A stretch of 63,840 nt of DNA, counting the filler, from Globobulimina sp. (Eukaryota): NCBI GenBank assembly GCA_003354225.1. It is 41 parts of 41 records of this genome, joined end to end, with 100 filler letters (N's around TTAATTAATTAA, not from the genome) between each part and the next. Parts side by side here need not be neighbours in the genome. Positions count along the whole stretch, not along the records: positions 1 to 1,461 come from PIVH01016319.1; positions 1,562 to 3,022 come from PIVH01016320.1; positions 3,123 to 4,583 come from PIVH01016321.1; positions 4,684 to 6,144 come from PIVH01016322.1; positions 6,245 to 7,705 come from PIVH01016323.1; positions 7,806 to 9,266 come from PIVH01016324.1; positions 9,367 to 10,827 come from PIVH01016325.1; positions 10,928 to 12,388 come from PIVH01016326.1; 33 more parts are not named here. One strand, given 5' to 3'. Below, one piece after another: positions 1-12,607 of the stretch. How positions within the stretch are numbered: the first letter of the stretch is position 1; every line of letters begins with the position of its first letter. The notes beneath the pieces were generated by a model. It saw only the letters and a list, made by a program, of their open reading frames with translations. It did no database searches and had not been told where the DNA came from. A program made the translations under genes and the position numbers.

Positions 1-2
1 AT

Positions 3-1461
3 ATGATCGGGCGAAATCGCTACAACGTAGCAATACGATATGGCTCATTATTATATGCCCAAATACATGAAAATATGAACTTTTATTTGCTGATCGAAGA
101 CTGTCAGTTCATAAAACAAAGTGGTAATTCAATACATTTTGAGAAATCCACTGCAGAGCTCCCAATGGTGGCTGATATGTATTCCAATATTAGTAATATC
201 TCAACATCTAATTTTTCAGCAAATTCATGGTTTTTAGAGTCAATGATTGTTATCGAAAGGTCCATTTTTAAAAATTGCAGAGATGGTCAAGATACTAAAG
301 GAAGCTCAAATTTTGCAGCCATACTCACACTCACTGGCTTAAACATGGTATATACATTCATTACGGATTCGGTTTTTGATGGCAATCAACGTAAATATGA
401 AGGAAGTGCTGTATTCAGCACAGATTATGCACCACTTTTGCTTGTAAATGGCAGTAATTTCACTAACAATAATGCAGTGCTTCACGGACTATTTAATATT
501 GTTCAAAATGATGCTGCAATGATTGAAATATCACATTCAATGTTTGAATCTAATGCAGCTTATTCCAGTATTGTGTCGAGCGCAGACGATGGCTATGTAT
601 CATTACATATTATGGCTTCGTCATTTATTCAAAATGTAAATAAAGAGACTGGATGTTTTAATTTATATGCAGCAGATATTAATATCATTGATTCCAGTTT
701 TGATTCAAATGAATGTCGTTATTTTTGTGCGGTTATATTGAATTTAAGAGATGGCGGACAGCTACGGGTTGACAATACTTTGTTTACTAAAAACAATGAA
801 ATAAGCCAAGCATTTCCAGTACAAGGACTACCAACGGGTTTGTTTAACATTAACACAGCGAATGTGACTGTGACTAATTCTGCATTTACACGAAATGGCT
901 TATGGAACGGTGCAATATATGTAACAAAAGGATCAATTGAATTGTCAAATAATACATATATCGACAATAAAGTTCCCAACATTGTTGCTGGAAACGCAAA
1001 CAGTGTAAAGATTAAAGAATGTAGGTTTATTAGCAATATTATTTCATCTAAAATGATACAAGCAAGAGATATAATGGTCGCGTACTCTCATTTTGCAAAA
1101 AATACTGGAGGATGTTAAGTGTTTTTGCAATATATTTTTTTTAAATGTTTTTGCTGCGTTTTATAATATTATAAACAGCGTTATTCAGCTACGATGCAGA
1201 TGGTTTTGTGCTGAACCTTATGCAATCCAAATTTACCAACAATGAAGTCATTGATACAGACTCCGACGGAAGTGTTGCAGCTGTGACTGGCTCGAATTCA
1301 CAGATTGATGCTAAAAATTGTGTTTTTCGAGGCAATGCTGCGACAAGTTTTGGTGGTGTTATATTCATTAATAACACTGCAGCTACTTGGCCGAGTTTAG
1401 TGTCTATAACGGATTGTAATATCAAAGAAAATAAAGCTGGTTTTGGAGCGTTTCTGTTTGG
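3..1461 (+). CDS. Right-handed beta-helix / polymorphic-membrane-protein-like repeat protein, partial; intron 1114-1178
   Basis: Repeated FxxN/GG motifs (FRGNAATSFGGVIFI); the GTTAAG...ACAG intron joins ORFs 3-1118 and 1208-1461 in frame (GG-S-LFSYD). Confidence 0.65.
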
Positions 1462-1561
1462 NNNNNNNNNNNNNNNNNNNNNNNNNNNNNNNNNNNNNNN
1501 NNNNNTTAATTAATTAANNNNNNNNNNNNNNNNNNNNNNNNNNNNNNNNNNNNNNNNNNNN
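1462..1561. other. Artificial contig-joining spacer (N44-TTAATTAATTAA-N44); first of 40 copies at ~1,560-bp spacing
   Basis: Identical linker with stops in all six frames recurs through to 62283-62382; contig lengths fall steadily from 1461 to 1458 bp. Confidence 0.99.
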
Positions 1562-2693
1562 ATGGCATTTGGTTCCGTATATCGCATTCTTAGAAACGAA
1601 CATAACTCAATAATCCATGTGATACAATTTATTAACACAGTGGCTTGCAATAAAAAGCCAAAATCAACAACAACCAAAATGCAACAAATAACTGATTGTA
1701 ACACGACACCACGAATCGGAGAACCTGTCCTATATTATTTGTTCATCACAGTTTACATATACCTTAAATGCGTCCGACAATGCTGTGGCTGGCGGGTAGT
1801 GGCGGGGTGGTGGTGGGGTGGGGTGGTGTGGTGGGAATGTGTTCGTAATAATTCATATTATTTAGCTGGATCGGAATTGTACTAAATTGTATTATTTTTT
1901 TGTAGCAGCTGACATTGCTTGCTACGAAAATGTAACTTTACTGTTTTTTTCTTAATTCTTCTTCTTCTTGTTGTTAATTTGTTGCAGCTCTAGATCTCAA
2001 ATGTTCATCAAGAGTTTGTCTAAAAAGTGCCCGCTATACATGAAGCATCGTTGTTGACCCGTCTGTCGGATCCAATACGTCCATTGGTCAACTCCTAAAA
2101 TAGGTTCAGCATTATTTACGGCCCAACGTTGCCTATGTTGTGGATATAGCGAATGGGGACTTTTTGTATGGAAATTTGATGCTCTATTTGTTGTATTTCA
2201 GGTGTATGTGCAAAACAATTTAATCAACTAAACTGATATTAATTTGTGTACTTTTAAAATATACAGAAAAAAGTATAGTTATAATTTGATGCACATCAAT
2301 TCAATTAATTATATTAAGAATGCGCGCGCATTATTATTATTGGAATATATTTTAATGTGAAAAAACAGGCAAAGAATTTTAAGTTAAGTTTTTTTTTATT
2401 AAGCTTGTTCAGTTCGGCAGTAGTTTTCTCCTCTTTATCATGACAGCCCGGCCCACAAAAAAACTAACATTACAAATAAATTAGGCACGTCGCGTTAACG
2501 AATTAAAATGAAATGAAAAATGAATAGATCCGATTGGTTAAAATGAATACGCAGTTTATTTGAAAGTGGACTTGTTTGTCCATTTCTGATTGGTTTATTA
2601 TCCATTCATTTTATTGAAGCGGAAATCACGAAAAATAAAAGTTTTGCGCGACGCGGAGGCAAACCCGGCCAAAAATATATAATCTGCGCCTTT

Positions 2694-3022
2694 GTGCGCT
2701 TAAAGTATCAGAATGGTGCCGTGATTCCCTTATCTTACAAAAAAGTGGAGATCAATGGCGAGATATTCCCGCTGTGGCCGCTGATATATTATTCGTACCG
2801 CATCGGCGACATTGACGCTTGCATAGATTTCGCGAAATTGGACGTCAGTTCGCAAATTATCTACGACGCCCTCTGCAATTTACGAGATAAACGCTATAAA
2901 AGGCGGCAGTTTTACCACGTAAACAATTACAACTTATCCAAAATCATCGCAAACGACGACAATTTGGCTTGCAACTTAGACGAAGATATTTGGAAGAACC
3001 AATTGGACGCCTTTTATAAGGA
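2694..3022 (+). CDS. NUP93: Nucleoporin Nup93/Nic96 fragment
   Basis: PLWPLIYYSYRIGD resembles the conserved Nic96 PxWxxIYYxxRxG motif. Confidence 0.6.
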
Positions 3023-3492
3023 NNNNNNNNNNNNNNNNNNNNNNNNNNNNNNNNNNNNNNNNNNNNTTAATTAATTAANNNNNNNNNNNNNNNNNNNNNN
3101 NNNNNNNNNNNNNNNNNNNNNNGCAATAGAGTGAGGACTATTTATTAATCCACGCTGCTGGCAAGCAATCCTCTTAGACATAAGTAGACTTTAAATGTAA
3201 CGGTCTCAAAAAAAACTTAGTTGGCCATAGTCTAATGGAAGAGGAAAGTTAGGAGCAATACATGGTCGACATAAAAGGGAAAAGGAAGAAAGAAAAGTGT
3301 CATAATCGGCACACACTTGACTAAGCTATATAAATATGTGCGTTTTATACATAATTCCTATTAGTATACAATAATTAATGCAAATCCAGCACAAATTTAT
3401 AACAAATGTACAATTGAATTTTAAGTATCCAACAACTGAAAAAAAATCTGACATACTGAAAAAAAATCATTTTAGTTTCTTACTAATTTATC

Positions 3493-4110
3493 ATGCTAGC
3501 TTATTTCGTTATACTTTATTCAGTGCTAATGTTATCTCACTCAGGTCTTAATACAGACAGACTACTAATTGAAGCAGCTACGTACACATTGCAATCCAAC
3601 AATTCATATCTTCGGAACGAAATAGTAAACACATTTAATAAATTAACAAAAACAAAGGATTTTGATATATTTATTGCACAAACGCAAAACCAATGCATTG
3701 GATTATTACAAACAACTGGATTAATTGAAATAATTTATCATTCATTGATTGAACTTGAAGTAGTACACGATATCGACGAGGAAGTAATGGTAACAATGAT
3801 TGATATTATTGGCAAGGAATTATGTAATACCGAGGCGAAATTATATGAGAACACTGTAAATGCATTTCATTCATTGAGTGAACACATTCAAAATGAGATT
3901 ATTGACATGATATTACAACAAGGAATTGACAGAAAAGCATGGGAAGCTCCAAAATATAGCCAATGTATTTATCTGATGCGAGATGCAATGAATGAACTGC
4001 ATCAAAAGTTGCATTCACAATACCATGAGTTGAAAAAGTTGAATAAATTGTTAACAAATATTGTTCAATCCACTTGCGAGTCTTATTTCATTGATAAGCG
4101 TGATCTATGA
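3493..4110 (+). CDS. Hypothetical protein
   Basis: 205-aa ORF, no motif recognised. Confidence 0.4.
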   Translation: MLAYFVILYSVLMLSHSGLNTDRLLIEAATYTLQSNNSYLRNEIVNTFNKLTKTKDFDIFIAQTQNQCIGLLQTTGLIEIIYHSLIELEVVHDIDEEVMVTMIDIIGKELCNTEAKLYENTVNAFHSLSEHIQNEIIDMILQQGIDRKAWEAPKYSQCIYLMRDAMNELHQKLHSQYHELKKLNKLLTNIVQSTCESYFIDKRDL

Positions 4111-4211
4111 TTTAAATTTAATAATTGATTGCTCGGTGTTTGGCAAAGATCAGCGAAAAGTTTTTCCATTCTAATTCTGGCCTTGGTTTGAAATTTCCAA
4201 ACTTTTCAATC

Positions 4212-4559
4212 ATGCAATATTTAAGAAAAAATCGGTTTAAAATTATTGCCAGCACTGCTTTTGTAACACTAGGTTACTATTACAAACGCAATAAAATCAC
4301 ATCCACATTTATAAAGGCAATTAAATATACTAAACAAAATAAAAAGAAATCTGCTTTTCTCACTTCTTCCATAGTCATTGGAATTGGTGCCATATATTAT
4401 TACTATTCACATTATGCATCAAATAATACATCCATAACACCCAGATATCCACAACAATCCATTGCGACGAACAAATCTCTATTTAAATACGATGAGGAAT
4501 TACAATCAAACCACACTATTTGTCCCTCTTTAAATGACTGCACCAAAGGCACTAGCTGA
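4212..4559 (+). CDS. Hypothetical membrane-anchored protein
   Basis: Two hydrophobic segments each followed by a YYY run. Confidence 0.35.
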   Translation: MQYLRKNRFKIIASTAFVTLGYYYKRNKITSTFIKAIKYTKQNKKKSAFLTSSIVIGIGAIYYYYSHYASNNTSITPRYPQQSIATNKSLFKYDEELQSNHTICPSLNDCTKGTS

Positions 4560-4683
4560 TGGAATACGAATGGACTGGCGGCANNNNNNNNNNNNNNNNN
4601 NNNNNNNNNNNNNNNNNNNNNNNNNNNTTAATTAATTAANNNNNNNNNNNNNNNNNNNNNNNNNNNNNNNNNNNNNNNNNNNN

Positions 4684-4847
4684 TTTTTAATAAAAGTTAA
4701 ATCAGATTCATCACTTCCTGAAATTATCTTCTTGCCATCCAGGCTGAACATGACCGCGTTGACTGTTCCCGCATGTCCACTGAGGGTCATTATCTCATCA
4801 CCGGTAGTTATGTCCAGTTGATTATCATCAGATCTTTTTATGGACAC
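4684..4847 (-). pseudogene. Isolated WD40 repeat fragment
   Basis: LSGHAGTVNAVMFSLDGKKIISGSD is a canonical WD40 unit; the flanks are degenerate. Confidence 0.6.
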
Positions 4848-4900
4848 AGTTTATTCCTAAAGTAATATCAAAGATATAACTTTCGCTGTGCCTATGCTTA

Positions 4901-5605
4901 ATGTCAAGTGAAGAAAGTTGTGTAACATCCATATCATTTTGTATACATAAATGGAATGTTCATGTCGGAAATACATCATTGTCGAAATTCTACAATTGTT
5001 GTTCATATCATTTGCACCGAAAGCAAAATCAATTGATGCTTGATGAAAACATACGGAACAATTTAATTGAACATTTACAACAAATATTCATGAATATAGG
5101 TATTAATTACAAGCGAAGACTCAAAACAACACATTATTTCTTATGGTTGGTTATGATTATAATTATATTGTTTTTATTTCCGTCCTCTATATTAACGATA
5201 TTAGGCACAGTGCATAAGAATATGCCTTTTTTTTTCATCGGGATATGTTCATTCATTGTATTGCTATTAACTGTTTTAATATATTTAGTGATTGCACATC
5301 AATACAAAAAATGTAATAAAGCATATCATAAATTATTATTTCAATATATCCAAACGCATATAATCTCTGAATGGAATGACCATTATCCACAATTTCATTT
5401 TGTTATACATTTCCCAATCAATGACGCGTGCTGCAATAGCATTGACACAAAGCATGGAATGATTGTAATAAGTTACAGAACAACGCAGTTATATAACCAC
5501 AGAAACAGAGAGATTTATGCTCACAAAAGCGCTGAATATTATCCTCAATATACTGATTTTGATAATTTACTAACTTCACAAATCCACAGAAAATATACTG
5601 TCTAA
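4901..5605 (+). CDS. Hypothetical protein with two transmembrane helices
   Basis: 234-aa ORF with two long hydrophobic stretches. Confidence 0.5.
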   Translation: MSSEESCVTSISFCIHKWNVHVGNTSLSKFYNCCSYHLHRKQNQLMLDENIRNNLIEHLQQIFMNIGINYKRRLKTTHYFLWLVMIIIILFLFPSSILTILGTVHKNMPFFFIGICSFIVLLLTVLIYLVIAHQYKKCNKAYHKLLFQYIQTHIISEWNDHYPQFHFVIHFPINDACCNSIDTKHGMIVISYRTTQLYNHRNREIYAHKSAEYYPQYTDFDNLLTSQIHRKYTV

Positions 5606-5923
5606 TTTATAGTGCTATAGTTATAACACACGCACTCTGTTATTGTTGGAAACTAAACACAACAAAATAGCTCCGCTAAGATTTCGTAGGTCGTAGGATA
5701 AACCCCGATACATTAAATGTATTGGTTTTCTGCGTCATGCAGATAATTTTTACCTGAAGCTGAAAACTTGATGCTCTTTATGCACCGAACAAGATCTTAC
5801 ATTTAAACGATAAGCTGTTTTTAACGGAAAATGCATTTGCCAACAACAAAAAAAATAGTGCATCTGTAAAAACTGTGAAAACAGATCAAAAATCCATCAT
5901 TTTATGTACAATCACATGACAAA

Positions 5924-6144
5924 TTAAATAAAAGGTGTATATCCACCTTCATTTCCAGGTTGCGAAGACGAAGACTGTTCGTATTTTAAATCACCAATAA
6001 ATTTCATTATTTTTTTCCTATGGCCCAACTTTTCAACACCAATCTCTTGCAACTCGTCGATAGACATTTGCTTAATCGATACAAAATCATCAAATCCATT
6101 TTCAATGAACAACGCATAATATTGAGGCAATTCAACTTTTTTTT
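5924..6144 (-). CDS. C-terminal SAM-domain protein, partial
   Basis: LPQYYALFIENGFD...LQEIGVEKLGHRKKIM matches the SAM signature. Confidence 0.85.
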
Positions 6145-6250
6145 NNNNNNNNNNNNNNNNNNNNNNNNNNNNNNNNNNNNNNNNNNNNTTAATTAATTAA
6201 NNNNNNNNNNNNNNNNNNNNNNNNNNNNNNNNNNNNNNNNNNNNGTTTCT

Positions 6251-6703
6251 TTGTTTACCTTTGCATTTGGTGCCGGTGGCAATAAAGTAAGAAACGGGAT
6301 AAAACTGGCAGATATTTTAATGTATCGCTTGTTAGATGCAATCCAACCGTTCTATGAACAGATAAATAATTATGATGACGGATGCAATGCATATGTGGAG
6401 AATTATTGCTATGCATTGTTATCGATGATTGAGTTAACATTAAAAATATCAGATTTGGATAAATCGTTTATAGAGATTTTAAAAACATATTTTTGGGCGA
6501 AAACGTTGCCGAAATCGTCAATGTTTTGGGACGATGACGGTCATTTGGTTCGGTGTTATATTTTATTCAATGTTCGTTTAAGAGAAAGTCTATTAAAGAT
6601 TGTTCTGGATAGTCATCAGAAAGTACCTTCCGGTCATATTTGTTGTGCTCAGTTTGAAGAAATTCAGGAAAATAGTACTTGTTCAAATGTTAAGTTGTTT
6701 TAA
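6251..6703 (+). CDS. Hypothetical protein fragment
   Basis: 150-aa ORF, no confident motif. Confidence 0.3.
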   Translation: MFTFAFGAGGNKVRNGIKLADILMYRLLDAIQPFYEQINNYDDGCNAYVENYCYALLSMIELTLKISDLDKSFIEILKTYFWAKTLPKSSMFWDDDGHLVRCYILFNVRLRESLLKIVLDSHQKVPSGHICCAQFEEIQENSTCSNVKLF

Positions 6704-7844
6704 TCTTCTTTATGAATCTACAAATATCGTTGTTCTGTGAATACACACAACAGAAACTATTCAAACAAGCAAAAACCACAAAACCAAAGGTCAATGAAGC
6801 GAACACAATGCATTATTCTCCAACGTGTAATGGCATGAAACGAGCAGTAACGTCTTATGTATGTGACAAAATGGAAACGGATTTAAAGAAACATGGTACA
6901 AATTATAATGATTTTTATCGTAGAAATATAGATGAAATGTGTGTATGCGCAAAAAATAGTTGTTTAACACGATGGGGAAACAATTCGCAACATTTAAGCA
7001 AATTGTTTGCCATCTGATGCTTCTCCAAAATGGAAACGAGATCGATATTAATTACCATTAAATTGTGTCCTCGTATTATATATCCATTGTAGTGCATCAT
7101 TGTTAAGAATTAAAACAAATCGCATGCTTACATTGTTAAATAACGTACCATATTTGTAGTCTCATATTGGTCTGGAACAGAATTATGTAAATTCCAGTTT
7201 TCCAATATTATATGCTGATGCTTGTGTAATTCAGCATATTTTGTGTCTCCTTTTTTTTGTTAATTTTATGTTATTTTTTATATTTGCTGTTACTTTTGAA
7301 ATGTGGCTGTGTAATAATACACGTTACTTTTGAAATGTGTTACTTTTGAAGAACACGTTCTTTACACGGATTTGTAGGTTTTTTAGCAAACAAAGTCCGG
7401 GCTTTTCCTAAATTTATAATCATGATGAAAAATAATAGTTTGCATACCCTCATTCTTTTGAGGTGGTTGAACCTATGCGTATGTTGTGCACAAATGTTGG
7501 TCGAACCTCTATGGGGCGGTTGAACCGAGTTAAAAAAGTGAACAGGTTCTTTGTGTAAACCTTCCTTATTTTTGTTCGTCTCCTACAATGGAAATAGTAT
7601 TTAACTGGCGATATTTTGGTAAAATAATTAATTGCGCACTATATGTATATATTTTTTAGTTTATTAACTTCTTCCTTTTAAGATGTGTAGTCTTCAAAAT
7701 TGAATNNNNNNNNNNNNNNNNNNNNNNNNNNNNNNNNNNNNNNNNNNNNTTAATTAATTAANNNNNNNNNNNNNNNNNNNNNNNNNNNNNNNNNNNNNNN
7801 NNNNNCGTCTGTAAATGTTGTTGTACACTTTATATAATTAAGGC

Positions 7845-9029
7845 ATGCCGAACCCATCCACATTTCCATTCAAATCTTTCTCATTTCAGGTTCCATCAAA
7901 ACAATCAATTATTAACAATGCAAACAATGCACTCGAATTAGAAACGTTATCTTTTTATGCAACAGAATTAGATATGGCACTACAATATGGTCCATCAAAA
8001 GGCATACCACAATTATATGAATGGATGAAGGTATTCCATAATAATGTCCATAAGATACCATACAATGATTGGGATTTATGTATCTCTACTGGTTCACAAG
8101 ATTTAATCACAAGAACATTTGATTCTATTTTGGAAGACGGAGACACGATTATCATAGAAGCACCAACTTATTCTGGAACGTTGGCCTATTTAAAAGCGCG
8201 TAATCTCAATATAATCTCTATTGACATGGATAAACATGGGATGATTGCTGACGAATTAGAGCATGTTCTGTGTAAAATGCAAACCAGTCCAAATAACATA
8301 AGCTTCCCTAAAATGTTGTACATAATACCAATCGGGCAAAATCCGTCCGGTTCATCCTATTCATTGGAAAGGAAACAAAAAATATATGAAATTACATGCA
8401 AATACAATATATTATTATTTGAAGATGATCCATATTATTTTCTAGATTTTGAACATATGGATTATATTAAAAGTAGTGCTGTTTCGTTCCAAGCAATGGA
8501 TACTGAATCACGTGTTATTCGCAGTGATAGTTTTAGTAAAATATTATCTTCCGGAATAAGGTTGGGATATTTAACTGGACATTCCTCAATAATTCGCAAT
8601 ATTGAATTAAATCTGCAGGCAACTTGTTTGCATTCATCGTCTTTGACACAAATGACAGTTTTTAAAGTGTTGCAATATTGGAACGAACAGGTATTTCGAA
8701 AGCATTTGAGTAATGTTTGCATGTTTTATTATCAGCGGAGAAATGTATTTGAAAGTATATTGAATAAATATTTACACAATAAATGTGAATGGGATATTCC
8801 AAATGGTGGCATGTTTTATTGGTTAAATGTTTTAGGAATCGATGATACGGAATTATTGATCAAAGAAAAGGCAAGAAATGCAAAAGTTTTATTGTTGCCT
8901 GGAAAAGTGTTTTATGCTGATGAGCGAGCGAAAAAATGTTCGTTTGTGCGAGCTGCGTTTTCTATGGCGAGTGAAAAGGATATGGATGAAGGTATTAAAC
9001 GGTTTGCAAATATTCTTGACAATACATAA
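7845..9029 (+). CDS. AADAT: Class I PLP aminotransferase, kynurenine/alpha-aminoadipate aminotransferase (AADAT/Aro8-like); N-terminus missing
   Basis: LQYGPSKG, GSQD, GQNPSG, EDDPY, DSFSKILSSGIRLG (PLP lysine). Confidence 0.9.
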   Translation: MPNPSTFPFKSFSFQVPSKQSIINNANNALELETLSFYATELDMALQYGPSKGIPQLYEWMKVFHNNVHKIPYNDWDLCISTGSQDLITRTFDSILEDGDTIIIEAPTYSGTLAYLKARNLNIISIDMDKHGMIADELEHVLCKMQTSPNNISFPKMLYIIPIGQNPSGSSYSLERKQKIYEITCKYNILLFEDDPYYFLDFEHMDYIKSSAVSFQAMDTESRVIRSDSFSKILSSGIRLGYLTGHSSIIRNIELNLQATCLHSSSLTQMTVFKVLQYWNEQVFRKHLSNVCMFYYQRRNVFESILNKYLHNKCEWDIPNGGMFYWLNVLGIDDTELLIKEKARNAKVLLLPGKVFYADERAKKCSFVRAAFSMASEKDMDEGIKRFANILDNT

Positions 9030-9366
9030 ATGAACTGACTTTTCAGTGCATACATAGTGATCTTTTGTTCGCAAACGGTTAAAAAATAATAACTAAAAGG
9101 AATGAGCTGTCTGGAGATGAACTAAAATACAAACAAAAAAAAAAGCGAGTCAAGCCAATATAAATTATTTTATAATTTTGATTTATTAAACGAGGCAGAA
9201 TTATCAACTACTTTTTTTCCTTTTTTATAAACATATTTTATGGGATGATTAGTCATTACATAAATANNNNNNNNNNNNNNNNNNNNNNNNNNNNNNNNNN
9301 NNNNNNNNNNTTAATTAATTAANNNNNNNNNNNNNNNNNNNNNNNNNNNNNNNNNNNNNNNNNNNN

Positions 9367-10520
9367 CAGTTTTGACACTGTCCACGCCGGTCCCACCCGT
9401 CTTGCTCCAGTACGAAGTGGTCGTGGTACTGGTGGTGGTGCCATGCTTTGTAGTCCTCGTAGTGGTGGTCGTTGTGCTCGACTCGTCCATATCATCCATG
9501 TCATCCTGTCTTTTCTTATCAAATTTCGCAAACAATTCCTCCAATTCATGTTCAGATATATCGTCCCTCCAATCAATATCTCCAAACTTTGGTCCTTTCA
9601 TATTCCCCATGTTGGGCATTCTGTATTTACTCCCCAAGTTTTTATCCATTTTCTTTTGACTCCTATGCGTATTTTTGCATTTTAATGACAACAATTAATG
9701 ATTCAAACTGGTAGCAACTGAACTGAGTGAATGTATTGATCATTTGTTCCAACTCTTGCATGACTTCAAATGGATTTTTGTCACCAAATTGTTCGCGAAA
9801 TAGTCGGTCCGCGTCTGCTCTCGAAAAGGCTCCGAAATCGGAGTTGAATGCCATGCCTCGGTAAGTTCCGCCTTTTGCACCGCCCATCCCGCGATTGCCA
9901 GCATTGCGGCCATGCGATGAGGACGCTGCCCGATGCAGCATATCATACTCATTTCGTTTGTTGCAATCGCTCAATGTCTGCATGGTATATTATATTATTT
10001 ATATATGTATTTGCAGCATTGCAATGGATGAAATTTCTAGAAATTGTCGGTGTTCGTTAACTTGATATGCAGCGGATATATTTTTAAATTTTTCTTCGGC
10101 ATTTTTTCGATCATTTTGGTTCCTATCGGGGTGGTGTTGTAATGCTAATTTTCTATATGCTTTTTTGATGTCGTCCGTTGAACATTGGGTATCAACACCG
10201 AGTACTTTATAAAAATCATCACTTTGCGAATCTGGCTGTGATGAGTATGAGACATCGGATGAATATAAAAGTAGATTATGCAAATGTGCTTTATATGGTG
10301 TGTTATTTATGAATGAATGGGAGTGGAAGTGAGAATGATTCACACGGATTGGATTTGCAATTTTGTATTGCTTTCTGTGTAGTATATTGTATGGTGAATG
10401 GTGCAGAGATCGGAGTGTCGACAGCAAACATTTCTGCTGCGTATATATGGATTTATAATGATTGCAATTGGATATGATAGAATGTATAGGAAAGCGATTG
10501 CAGTTCAGTTGAGAGGCCAT
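9367..10520 (-). CDS. DnaJ/Hsp40 protein with probable organellar presequence; introns 10061-9978 and ~9723-9663
   Basis: DFYKVLGV...[15 protein letters not shown]-domain; splicing restores AAYQ|TLSD; a G/F-rich region follows. Confidence 0.88.
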
Positions 10521-10593
10521 GGTTTAAAGAACTTTGTAAAGTCATCTCCAGAAAACTTTTGTTTTTGGTATATTTGTGCATTTTTTTTTGTAT

Positions 10594-10827
10594 ATGGCGC
10601 AACCAAAAAACTATAACAATCAAGATTGGAAATCAAGAAATCAAGCAAAATATCAACCAAAACAATGGAAAAAGAAAGATCCAAATAATGAAGATGTGAA
10701 AAGCAATAATAATAATAATAACAACAGATTCGAGTTTAGTTATGAAGAGGTAAAAGGTGATTTATTTACGAGTCCAGAATCGTCCTCGTTGTGTCATTGT
10801 ATATCACGTGATTTAGGAATGGGTAAA
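10594..10827 (+). CDS. OARD1: TARG1/OARD1-type macrodomain protein, partial
   Basis: EEVKGDLFTSPESSSLCHCISRDLGMGK matches TARG1 xKGDLF...SLAHCISxDxxMG. Confidence 0.75.
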
Positions 10828-11116
10828 NNNNNNNNNNNNNNNNNNNNNNNNNNNNNNNNNNNNNNNNNNNNTTAATTAATTAANNNNNNNNNNNNNNNNN
10901 NNNNNNNNNNNNNNNNNNNNNNNNNNNTATTTTGTATGTGTTGTGAACATCTGTATTTTGTAAGCTTTTGATTCATGCTTTTGTGTGAATTAATTAAAAA
11001 AGTTAACCTTTTTTTTTCTTCGGTCAAACTGAATTCGAATATTTTCATCACAAAACATAAACAACAGAACCACAAACCAAACTACCAAACCAACAACAAA
11101 GTCACACATATATAAT

Positions 11117-11958
11117 ATGTCATATATATGCAACAAATGCAAAGATAAATGCACATTCCGACATCTTTTGAAGGATTGTCCATTTAATAAATTATCACAA
11201 ATAAATGGAGCACATACAATGCAAAATCCGTTTATTATCCAGATTAATATTGGCACGTATTATCACATAGAATCATTAAATACAATTTATAAGGATGCTG
11301 TAAATTTTCAAGCAATAATGGGAAATTATATGAATATGCAATAAATATAGCAAATGATCCATACCAAACATTAACAAAAGAAGAGGCGGCACAATTATTA
11401 CAAAGAGCAGCAGCACAATATTCAAATGAAACAACCAAAGATGGATTAGTAGTTCAAGTATCGTGTCATGGCGGTACTTCGCCAGGTGGCTATCCATATG
11501 CTATCTGCTCTGATTTTGATTGGAATACAAATATTGATAAACTGATTTCTGTTGAATATATTTTGGATATATTTCGAGACCCGGACTTGGTGGGACATCG
11601 TATGGCAACACAGCCTAAGATCCTTTTATTTGATATGTGTAGATCAGCAAATAATGAATTTGATATTGAGTATGTGCAGAAAGATATAGACGATGCATAT
11701 AAAAAACATGAAATCATCGTTTATGGCTGCACCAGAGGGAGTTTTTCAGTTATTAGAGAAACTGGATCCATATTAACGCAATATTTAATTGACACATTAC
11801 ATAAATTTATGTGCATTCCAACACCGTTTCCGTCATTAATTGCTACCGTTTCTAGGCAAATAAATGGCGATGAATCTGCGACTCAAGTCATTGAACAATG
11901 TAATACAGAAAGCAACGCAATGGTTCTTATACCAGTTAAGTTAATATATAATGTGTGA
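11117..11958 (+). pseudogene. Caspase-like peptidase C14 with one frameshift near 11326
   Basis: After the shift it reads DGLVVQVSCHGG (catalytic His) and QPKILLFDMCRS (catalytic Cys); inserting one T in GGAAATTATAT joins both ORFs. Confidence 0.75.
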
Positions 11959-12607
11959 AAATAACTATATTGTTTTTGATACTATTTAGAAATGGGTGAA
12001 TTTAGGACTTTCTGAGGTCGATTTTAGATATAAATTATGTGTTGAATATAATAATGATTTTATCAAAATAGAAGCATTGGATGAAGGCATCACGAATCTG
12101 GAACATTATATCATTAAATATAAAGATAAAAAATATGATTTATGATGGAATGTGTTGTTAAATCAGTTTAAAACGATTGTTGTTTTTCATGTGAAAACTA
12201 AATTGCAAGAATTGCCGCAACATTGCCATCAATTTGTGACGGATAAAGATGTACTTATTCGTTTTTGGAAAGAAAATATTTTATCAGGCAATGATGATAA
12301 AATTGTATTATGCGATGCATTACGGAGGGAATTGTACTTTAGTTTAGTAACGTTTGTTAAAGCAAATCATACTTTTTTTGAACATTTTNNNNNNNNNNNN
12401 NNNNNNNNNNNNNNNNNNNNNNNNNNNNNNNNTTAATTAATTAANNNNNNNNNNNNNNNNNNNNNNNNNNNNNNNNNNNNNNNNNNNNCAACGATCCAAA
12501 TATAATAACGGCTTGTTTACTGTTTGCTGTTTGCCATTACACCCATCGATGTGGCCGATGTTCTCTTCACAGTGCCAATACTCGCCACAATGACACCGAA
12601 TGCCATA

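Noticed and set aside
1787-1835. G-rich tract with G-quadruplex potential
   Set aside because: Single low-complexity tract with no supporting context; ORF 1562-1885 across it is probably spurious.
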